Origin: an uncultured Desulfovibrionales bacterium
GTDB lineage: Bacteria > Desulfobacterota > Desulfovibrionia > Desulfovibrionales > Desulfonatronovibrionaceae
Assembly: GCA_964398785.1 (NCBI GenBank)
Contig: CAYNNQ010000021.1
Coordinates: 265 to 32,264 of the forward strand
Length of the DNA: 32,000 nt
Direction of reading: 5' to 3'
Each line of letters starts with the position of its first letter. The stretch's first letter is position 1. The notes beneath the pieces were generated by a model. That model was not told where the DNA came from and ran no database searches. It saw only the letters and a program-made list of their open reading frames with translations. Position numbers and translations under genes: made by a program. Shown here one piece after another: positions 8,366-15,975 of this stretch.

Positions 8366-9579
8366 CAAAACCCCAAAATCAAAGAACAGTTGCTTCCTCC
8401 AAAACCGGCGGAATTGCACATAACCCTTCTCGGCTTTTCCAGCACAGTTTCCGGGACTATATTCAGCCCTTCAGCCGCAGGGTCTGGAACACTGAAATTG
8501 ATATTCGGAGCAACAAAAGCGTGTCTGGCCATCAGGCAGGAATAGACAACCTGGGAAGCACCGGCCATCCACAATTCATGCCCGGTCATGGACTTAAGGG
8601 AGGAAACCATGGGAGAGCAATCCGAAAAGACCCGGCGGATATTTTCCGCCTCTCCGGCATCCCCGGCCGGAGTAGAGGTGGCATGGGCGCAGACATAGTC
8701 AATATCACCCGGAGACAGGGCAGCATCCTCCAGGGCCTTGTCCATAGCTTGGGCCAATCCCGAAAAACTGGGGACTGAAAGATGATACCCATCCGAGGAG
8801 AAGCCATAACCTATAACCTCCCCCAGTACAGGACCGCCCCGGCGTCGGACCTCTTCCCGGTCCTCCAGTATAAGTGCTGCCGCCCCTCCGCTGGGCACCA
8901 ATCCTTCCCTGGAGGCATCAAAGGGGCGACTGGCCCTTTCCGGATTTTCTGTATCCCGGGAAAATGCCCCCAGCCCGTCAAAACTACATGTGGATTCCCA
9001 GTTTATCTCCTGTGCCCCGCCGCAGACCACTTTCTTCTGTCGTCCCAGGGCAATCAGGTCATAAGCTTGGCCCACGGCGTTGCCACCGCTAGAGCATGCG
9101 GAGCTCACGGTCCAGCAGGCCCCCATGTTTCCCAAAAGGACATTCAGATTCATGGTTACAGTGGAGTTCATGGAACGGAAAATAGCCCCGCTACCGATGG
9201 ACCCGGTTGCTCCCCTCTCTCTTAAAAGATCCACCTGTTCCGCGCATGCCCCGCAGGATGAATCCACGCCGAAGATCAGGCCGGTATCCCCATTTTGCAG
9301 ATCCTGTTCTTGCAGACCGGATTCCTGCATGGCCTCAAGGACTGCGGCATACGCCTGCACCCCGAATTCGGGCAGAGTTTTCCTCTGTTTGCGATTTAGG
9401 TACGCGGCGGGTCTGAATCCTTCAATCTTTCCCGTCAAGGGACTGAAAAAACCAAGCTTCTCCCGTTCGGAATCGATCCCGATCCCGGAAAGGCCGTGAT
9501 ACAGGGATTCGGCCACGGCCTGCTTCCCGATGCCGATGCTGGAGACGATTCCCGTCCCGGTTATTACTACCCGCTTCAT
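8365..9579 (-). CDS. Beta-ketoacyl synthase (KS4)
   Basis: 404 aa, MKRVVITGTGIVSSIG; SSACSSGGNAVGQA, YVCAHATSTPAGDAGEAE, KSMTGHELWMAGASQ. Confidence 0.92.
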   Translation of the reverse strand: MKRVVITGTGIVSSIGIGKQAVAESLYHGLSGIGIDSEREKLGFFSPLTGKIEGFRPAAYLNRKQRKTLPEFGVQAYAAVLEAMQESGLQEQDLQNGDTGLIFGVDSSCGACAEQVDLLRERGATGSIGSGAIFRSMNSTVTMNLNVLLGNMGACWTVSSACSSGGNAVGQAYDLIALGRQKKVVCGGAQEINWESTCSFDGLGAFSRDTENPERASRPFDASREGLVPSGGAAALILEDREEVRRRGGPVLGEVIGYGFSSDGYHLSVPSFSGLAQAMDKALEDAALSPGDIDYVCAHATSTPAGDAGEAENIRRVFSDCSPMVSSLKSMTGHELWMAGASQVVYSCLMARHAFVAPNINFSVPDPAAEGLNIVPETVLEKPRRVMCNSAGFGGSNCSLILGF

Positions 9580-9791
9580 GATTCCCGCTTATTTATTGCC
9601 ATATTTATCCGAACGCGGCCTAAGCCGACGACTCGGTGTTTTATAAAAATTATGCTGAATAATTACATTGCAATTACGTTTTTACAGGTGTGTTTGCAGG
9701 ACAACATTATCAAAATACGCCCCAGTTCAAGGCTCAATGCAAGCCCAACGTCTTTTTTAGTCCTTATGCCGGGATATTGAAGGCCACAAAA

Positions 9792-10520
9792 TCAGGTATG
9801 GACTCCGCCGTTAACGGAAATTACTTCTCCTGTAATGTACCCGGCCCGCTGGGAACACAAAAACGAAACCACGCCGGCCACTTCCTCCGGTTTGCCGAAA
9901 CGCCTGAGTGGTATCCGGTTTAAAATCTCTTCTTGGGACAATTCCTCAAGCATTCCGGTATCAATAAACCCCGGCGCAACAGCATTGACCAATATATTGC
10001 GTTTGGCCACTTCCACGGCCAGAGACCGCGTGGCCCCGATAAGCCCAGACTTGGCCGCGGAATAGTTCACCTGCCCCGGCACACCGGTCTCTCCGGATGT
10101 AGAGGCTATATTGACTATCCGTCCCTCTTTGCGTCTGAGCATCTTTTCCACCACCGGCTTGGTTACATTGTAGAACCCTTCCAGATGCACCTGCAAAACA
10201 TCCTTCCAGTCCTTTTCCTTCATCCATACCAAAAGTGTATCCCGATTGAATCCGGCGTTATTCACCAACGCATACGGGATGTCTTGTTCCAGACGGGGTT
10301 GAAGGGCCTCTCGCGTTTCATCCCCGTCGGCAACATCAAACCCCATAATTTCGCATTTACGGCCCATTTCCCGAATATCTGCAGCAACTTCCTCGGCTGC
10401 GGAAAGATTACTTTTGTAATTTAGCCAAATATCGAATCCATCTGCAGCCAGCGCCCGGGCTGTAGCCGCACCAATGCCCTTGCTTGCGCCGGTTATCAAA
10501 GCTATACGTTCACTTCCCAT
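9792..10520 (-). CDS. 3-oxoacyl-ACP reductase, SDR family (FabG-like)
   Basis: Start reset to ATG 10520 (MGSERIALITGASKGIGAATARALA) with GGGGTGG upstream; TGASKGIG, YSAAK and VNAVAPGFIDTGM motifs. Confidence 0.92.
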   Translation of the reverse strand: MGSERIALITGASKGIGAATARALAADGFDIWLNYKSNLSAAEEVAADIREMGRKCEIMGFDVADGDETREALQPRLEQDIPYALVNNAGFNRDTLLVWMKEKDWKDVLQVHLEGFYNVTKPVVEKMLRRKEGRIVNIASTSGETGVPGQVNYSAAKSGLIGATRSLAVEVAKRNILVNAVAPGFIDTGMLEELSQEEILNRIPLRRFGKPEEVAGVVSFLCSQRAGYITGEVISVNGGVHT

Positions 10521-10615
10521 TTTATGCCACCCCTTGACCACAGAATTTATACAATTAAAATAGAGGGATATCTGTTTATAATTGTTTATCACTTCCACTT
10601 GTAGTGACAAAAGTT

Positions 10616-10621
10616 TATAAT
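10616..10621 (+). promoter_or_regulatory. Candidate -10 box (TATAAT) upstream of the radical SAM operon
   Basis: Exact TATAAT 45 bp before ATG 10666 in an AT-rich divergent intergenic region; no convincing -35 at consensus spacing. Confidence 0.3.
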
Positions 10622-10665
10622 ACGGATAGGGTGTTTAGTCAAAATTTCAATATGAGCAACAAGAT

Positions 10666-11952
10666 ATGAAACTAAAACTTATTTATCCCAGCTGGCCCAA
10701 GCTGCGGAATCAAACCAAATTTGACCTTCCCCCGCACGGTCCGGTGGTTATGGCCACCACTGTCCCTAAAGAAGTACAAATCCGGTTCACTGACGAAAAC
10801 ATTCAGGATATAGACTTTGAAGAAAAAGCGGATCTGGTGGCCATTTCCGTAATGCTCACCTGCCAACTCCCCCGGGCCTTTGAAATAGCCGCGGAATTCA
10901 GGGAAAGGGGAATACCCGTTCTTTTCGGGGGGATTTCCACCACCCTGCACAAGGAAGAAGTCAGCCGGCATGCGGACAGCATTTTTCTGGGGGAAACAGA
11001 GGGGAGATTCGCGGAGGTAATCCAGGATTTCCTAAGCAATCGCCTGAAAAAAGTATACGATTATTCCCGGCAACATCCGGACATGGCTCTTGTGGAAACC
11101 GCCCGCAGAGATATCTTGCAACGGGAACTATATAATTATCGGGGTGTACAGATGGTGGATCTGGTACATGCCTCGAGGGGGTGCCGCTTCAATTGCTTTC
11201 CCTGTTGCTCCCGCTACCTGGGCGGGAAAAAACACCGCCCCCGTCCTCTATCCAAAGTTGTTCAAGAAATGGAATCCATACCCAATAACCGCCTTTTTTT
11301 GGTAGACAACTCCCTGGCCCAGAACAAAAAATGGTTGCGGGAACTCTTTACCGCAATACAGCCTTTAAAAAAGAAATGGATATCCCACCCGGTATTTTAC
11401 GACCCGGAAATAATCAATCTGGCGGCAAAGGCCGGTTGCTGGTATGTTTATCAGGCAATTATAGACACCTCGGAAAAAACCAAAGAACGTATCAAAATGC
11501 TCAAGGACCACGGAATCGGAATTGAGGGAACCATTCTCTTGGGAACCGATGACCACGACGAATCATATATAAAAAGGCTGGTCGATTTCCTTCTGGAAAA
11601 CGAATTGGACCTGGCCGAGTTCACCATACTCACCCCTTTCCCGCATACACCGATTCGCAGGCAGTTCGAAGCCGAGGGTCGGATTCTTTCCAACGAATGG
11701 ATCAAATACACCACGGACCAGGTGGTTTTCCAGCCGGCGAAAATGACCGTGGATAAATTACAGGAGCTATACGATTATGCCTGGGATACATTTTACGGCA
11801 AGGGGGGACAACAATTGAGGATGGCTCAACTCCTGAGAAAAGTTATAGAGAAGGAAAAAACAGACGGCACCTATCGCCGCTACGATCCTCCCCAAGGGAA
11901 TGCGAACTACAGTAGCCTGGACACAGAGCAAAAAACATCAGCAATGGATTAA
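10666..11952 (+). CDS. Cobalamin-binding-domain radical SAM protein
   Basis: 428 aa; N-terminal B12-binding-like fold (ADLVAISVMLTCQ...VLFGGISTTLHKEEV...IFLGETEGRF) followed by SRGCRFNCFPCCS (CxxxCxxC cluster motif) and IEGTILLGTDDHDE. Confidence 0.88.
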   Translation: MKLKLIYPSWPKLRNQTKFDLPPHGPVVMATTVPKEVQIRFTDENIQDIDFEEKADLVAISVMLTCQLPRAFEIAAEFRERGIPVLFGGISTTLHKEEVSRHADSIFLGETEGRFAEVIQDFLSNRLKKVYDYSRQHPDMALVETARRDILQRELYNYRGVQMVDLVHASRGCRFNCFPCCSRYLGGKKHRPRPLSKVVQEMESIPNNRLFLVDNSLAQNKKWLRELFTAIQPLKKKWISHPVFYDPEIINLAAKAGCWYVYQAIIDTSEKTKERIKMLKDHGIGIEGTILLGTDDHDESYIKRLVDFLLENELDLAEFTILTPFPHTPIRRQFEAEGRILSNEWIKYTTDQVVFQPAKMTVDKLQELYDYAWDTFYGKGGQQLRMAQLLRKVIEKEKTDGTYRRYDPPQGNANYSSLDTEQKTSAMD

Positions 11953-11978
11953 ACCCAAACTCCCTGCATCCTTATTAC

Positions 11979-14321
11979 ATGGACAACAAAAGAATACTTC
12001 TGGTCCATCCATTGGGCTACGATTCTATATACGCGGGCCAGGACGTGGCCAGGCTGGCCAATCTCATGCCGCCTTTGGGTCTGGCCTCTCTGGCTTCCTA
12101 TCTGGAAAACAACGGTCTGCGCGCGGATATTTTGGACTGCTTTGCCCATCCGGACTGCCTGGACAGAATGAACAGCTATCTCCGCGAATATCGCCCCAGA
12201 TTTATCGGCCTGACCTGCACTACATCGGCGTTCCCCAACTCAGTCCAAATCATCCAGAGAGCCAAACAGATACTCCCGGAAATCAGATCCGTAGTCGGCG
12301 GAGCGCACCCTTCTGCTCTAAAAGAAGAAGCCCTTCGGGACAGCCCGGATGTGGACTATGCCGTAGTGGGCGAGGGAGAAAAGCCACTAAAGAGACTGCT
12401 CCAACGGACGGAAAAAGAAGCACACCTCATTCCTGGTATATGTTATCACGGCCATAACGGTCCGGTATTTAACGGGACGCAAACAGATCTGGTCCAACTG
12501 GACGATCTCCCTTTCCCTGCCTATGATAAATTACCCGGTTTCCCGGATACCTATACTCTGCCGGTATTCAATTATCCCCGCCGCCCAAACACCAGTTGCA
12601 TATCCAGCCGCGGATGCCCGTACAAGTGCTCCTACTGCGACCGTTCCGTGTTTGGATCCAGTTTCCGGTACAACTCCGCCGGATATCTCTATGCACATAT
12701 GCGCTATCTCCACAACCGCTGGGGGATCAGACATATAAATTTCTATGACGACCAGTTCACTTTGAATCGCGGGCGGGTAGCGGAACTATGCACCATGCTC
12801 ATGGACCATCCCTTGGGTATGACCTTTAACTGTGCGGCCAGGGCGGAACACGTGGATCCGGAGCTTTTGGAGATGATGAAAGACGCCGGATGCTGGATGA
12901 TAAGCCTGGGCATAGAAAACGGCAATCAAAAACTGCTTTCCAAGCACAGGCAAAATGCCAATCTGGATATGGTCGCCCGCACTGTAAAGGATATAAAAAA
13001 GGCCGGCATAAGAGCAAAAGGCCTATTCATGCTCGGACTGCCCGGTGAAACGGAAAAGACAATCAAAGAGACCAAAACCTATGCACATTCACTTAACCTG
13101 GACGACCTAAATCTAGCCAAGTTCACCCCCTTTCCAGGCTCCCCACTTTATAAAGACATACATATCCACGGCAAATTCGAGGAAGACTATGCCCGAATGG
13201 ACTGCATGCATTTCTTATTCATACCCCAAGGACTATCGGAACAATTCTTGGAAGACAAATTCCAGGAATTTTACAAAGAACATTTCACCCGCCCCCGCAC
13301 TCTATACAACTACTTGTCCATGCTCTGGAAATCCCCGGACAGCTGGAAGAGATTCATCCTCTCTCTGCCGGATTTCCTTAAATTCGCCCATCAGGGAAAC
13401 CGGATGAGCGCGGAGGCCTCCTCACATAAGCGCAACTGGGACAGCAAAAGTCTAGGTGGAGAATGGCAGCACCGTTTCTTTTATGCCCTAATTCGGACGT
13501 TAGGTGTTCGCCCGGCCTATGCTTTTCTTTACCCGGTCACTCTGTGGTACGTTCTTCTTCACCCCAGTGTACGCCGCAGAATCAGACCTTACCTTAAACA
13601 CCGCTTCCCGGAAAAAAAAGCCATCCCCAGACTCTTCGCCACCTACCGTTTGAGTTTGAACTTTGCCCAAATATTGGTGGATCGTGCAGCTATAGGCATT
13701 CTGGGGTCCAGCAGATTCAAAATAGATTTTCCGGAAAGAGAAAAGTTCCGGGAAATAGCGCATCAGGGTAAGGGGGCGGTATTGATCAATACCCACGCAG
13801 GCTCCTGGCAGGTAGCCATAGCCGCTTTGGAACTTTTGTCCACGCCAATATCCATGCTTATGCAAAAAGACCGGAAAGATGTGGATCGCCCATACTACAG
13901 CCACCGCCAACAAGAAAGTCCGTACAGGACCATCGATCCGAGCAAAGGGAGTGAAGCCATGCTGGAGATGTTCAACTCCCTGAAAAAAGGTGAAATACTG
14001 GGAGTCATGGGCGACCGGGCCTTTGGTAATGACAAAAACCTGGTCGATGTTGATTTTTTGGGGAAAAAGGCTTGGCTGCCATTTAGCCCGTATAAGCTGG
14101 CTTCCTCCACCGGAGCACCGTGTATGGTTCTCTTAACGCACAGAACCGGATATCTGCATTATACAGTCCGATTGGCCCGGGTGATTGATGTCCCCAGGGA
14201 CCTGGGCCGCCAGCCGGGAAATTTCCGGGAATACGCCCAAGAATATACACATACCCTGGAAGAATTTGTAAAAAAACATCCTTGGCAATTCTTCAACTTC
14301 TACGACATGTGGGAAAAATAA
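11979..14321 (+). CDS. Fusion protein: cobalamin-binding radical SAM domain plus C-terminal LpxL/HtrB-like acyltransferase domain
   Basis: 780 aa. N-terminus MPPLGLASLASYLE...VVGGAHPSAL...YAVVGEGE, then SSRGCPYKCSYCD, then LFMLGLPGET. C-terminus GKGAVLINTHAGSWQVAI...ILGVMGDRAFGND...GAPCMVLLT...YTHTLEEFVKKHPWQFFNFYDMW. Confidence 0.88.
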   Translation: MDNKRILLVHPLGYDSIYAGQDVARLANLMPPLGLASLASYLENNGLRADILDCFAHPDCLDRMNSYLREYRPRFIGLTCTTSAFPNSVQIIQRAKQILPEIRSVVGGAHPSALKEEALRDSPDVDYAVVGEGEKPLKRLLQRTEKEAHLIPGICYHGHNGPVFNGTQTDLVQLDDLPFPAYDKLPGFPDTYTLPVFNYPRRPNTSCISSRGCPYKCSYCDRSVFGSSFRYNSAGYLYAHMRYLHNRWGIRHINFYDDQFTLNRGRVAELCTMLMDHPLGMTFNCAARAEHVDPELLEMMKDAGCWMISLGIENGNQKLLSKHRQNANLDMVARTVKDIKKAGIRAKGLFMLGLPGETEKTIKETKTYAHSLNLDDLNLAKFTPFPGSPLYKDIHIHGKFEEDYARMDCMHFLFIPQGLSEQFLEDKFQEFYKEHFTRPRTLYNYLSMLWKSPDSWKRFILSLPDFLKFAHQGNRMSAEASSHKRNWDSKSLGGEWQHRFFYALIRTLGVRPAYAFLYPVTLWYVLLHPSVRRRIRPYLKHRFPEKKAIPRLFATYRLSLNFAQILVDRAAIGILGSSRFKIDFPEREKFREIAHQGKGAVLINTHAGSWQVAIAALELLSTPISMLMQKDRKDVDRPYYSHRQQESPYRTIDPSKGSEAMLEMFNSLKKGEILGVMGDRAFGNDKNLVDVDFLGKKAWLPFSPYKLASSTGAPCMVLLTHRTGYLHYTVRLARVIDVPRDLGRQPGNFREYAQEYTHTLEEFVKKHPWQFFNFYDMWEK

Positions 14322-14346
14322 TCATGTACAAAATAGCGGGGAAAAA

Positions 14347-14601
14347 ATGGAGATCAAGACTCAGCTAAAGGAAAAATTAATCGAAGGACTCAACCTGGAA
14401 GACATCCGGCCGGAGGATATAATGGATGACCAGCCGCTTTTCGGGGAAGGACTGGGACTGGACTCCCTGGATGCAGTGGAGTTGGTAGTCATAATCCAGA
14501 AGAATTTCGGGGTGGAGATAAGCGATATGGAACAGGGGAGGCAGGCATTCGCCTCGATTAACGCCCTGGCCGAATTCATAGAAATCAACCAATCCCACTA
14601 A
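14347..14601 (+). CDS. Acyl carrier protein (ACP2)
   Basis: 84 aa; LFGEGLGLDSLDAVELVVIIQKNFG; 25 nt downstream of the fusion gene. Confidence 0.9.
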   Translation: MEIKTQLKEKLIEGLNLEDIRPEDIMDDQPLFGEGLGLDSLDAVELVVIIQKNFGVEISDMEQGRQAFASINALAEFIEINQSH

Positions 14602-14668
14602 ACCAATAAGCCACACAACTATAACATCAATTTAAATGAGGCCGGAATTTTCCCTGCCCAACCATAAA

Positions 14669-15319
14669 TTAATTCTGAAAGAGACTAGCTTTTATTTCCG
14701 GAGACATAAGAAGCACTTTCAATTTTTCTTTTAAGGCTTTGGGTACTACCGTAGTGGCATGAGATGGCGGATTTATGAAATTTCCACCCAAATCATCTTC
14801 GCCTTGAATACGTTTTTCGGCCAATTCCTTACCTTCTTTTGAAAAAACCTTGATCTCAAGATTATAATACAAGCCGACATTTACCATAGTATCGCTTTTC
14901 CATTGATATATAGTTAAAAGTAATAATCTATCGGCCTCTTTTTTCATAAGAATATTTTTTACTTCCAAGACGGTTTGGGAATGGTCCGTATAAACGGGCT
15001 TTGCCTCAAACCCTGTTTTTTGAAGAGCCTTACTAAGTGCATTTACTATATCAGAAGATAAAGGTCTTCCACTTTGAGTTTCAACATCAAAAGGATTGCC
15101 GTATCCCCCTCTCTGCAAGCCAATAAAATTAGGCTCCTTATCGCTATTTACAATAAATGAACGCTTATCCAGAGCAGCAACGCCAACTTCCCCTTCTGCT
15201 TTGGAATGCAAGTTAGGGTGAGCAGAATGCATGGCGTATTTATTGCCTATAGCACAAGCACTGATTGAGAACAGAAACATCGTGGCCAAAATATACTTGA
15301 TTATTTTTTTCAAATCCAT
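14669..15319 (-). CDS. Putative lipoprotein (YajG-like in general character), function unknown
   Basis: ATG 15319 gives MDLKKIIKYILATMFLFSISACAIGNKY..., with an ISAC lipobox. Family call is tentative. Confidence 0.7.
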   Translation of the reverse strand: MDLKKIIKYILATMFLFSISACAIGNKYAMHSAHPNLHSKAEGEVGVAALDKRSFIVNSDKEPNFIGLQRGGYGNPFDVETQSGRPLSSDIVNALSKALQKTGFEAKPVYTDHSQTVLEVKNILMKKEADRLLLLTIYQWKSDTMVNVGLYYNLEIKVFSKEGKELAEKRIQGEDDLGGNFINPPSHATTVVPKALKEKLKVLLMSPEIKASLFQN

Positions 15320-15372
15320 CTGCCACTCCACTTATCTATAAAACCACATAAACAAAATATTTCCAAAATAGA

Positions 15373-15407
15373 AAAACCCGCCTCGCCAAAAAAGCGAAGC
15401 GGGTTTT
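15373..15407. terminator. Rho-independent terminator downstream of the RRM gene (probably bidirectional)
   Basis: AACCCGCCTCGC-CAAAAAA-GCGAAGCGGGTT inverted repeat with one non-complementary position and flanking A/T runs. Confidence 0.75.
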
Positions 15408-15432
15408 GGAAACAGAATATGAAAAACGCCTC

Positions 15433-15693
15433 TTACCAGCGTTTTTGAGGCTTGGGCCGGGCTTCGTTAACCTTCAGGTTACGGCCACCCAAGTCGCTAC
15501 CGTCCAGGCTCTTGATGGCCTCTTCGGCATCGGCTTCCTCCATTTCGACAAATCCGAATCCCCGGGACCTTCCTGTTTCCCGATCATAAATAATCTTCGC
15601 GGACAGGACTTCGCCGTATTGAGCGAAGGCGTCGCGGACGTCGTCTTCCGAGGAAGACCAAGGCAAATTTCCAACATAGATGTTCTTAGCCAT
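15433..15693 (-). CDS. RNA-binding protein with RRM domain
   Basis: 86 aa; RNP2 IYVGNLPW and RNP1 RGFGFVEM. Confidence 0.95.
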   Translation of the reverse strand: MAKNIYVGNLPWSSSEDDVRDAFAQYGEVLSAKIIYDRETGRSRGFGFVEMEEADAEEAIKSLDGSDLGGRNLKVNEARPKPQKRW

Positions 15694-15975
15694 TCTAAAA
15701 CTACTCCTTTAAAAAAACAATGAAAACTTGGACTATCGAGCGAGGCGGGAAACAGCCAGGAAGGCAGAAAAATTCCGACAGGACCCGAAGACCAACGGGG
15801 CAACTGCACTCGCAGAAGCCCGGAAACCAAAATACAAACGCATCAAACCAGGCGCTGGCTTGATACAAAGCTTTCTAGAACAAACATCGAATGTCTGTCC
15901 AGCATTTTTTGGACTTTTCATGCACTTTTTACAAAAAGATCGACATTCGCTTTTGTCCGATTTAAGACAAAGGCC

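Noticed and set aside
710-14601. Calling the locus a canonical aryl polyene or ladderane cluster
   Set aside because: No MMPL exporter, ApeI dehydratase or thioesterase for APE, and no dehydratase or product evidence for ladderane; only a resemblance is claimed.
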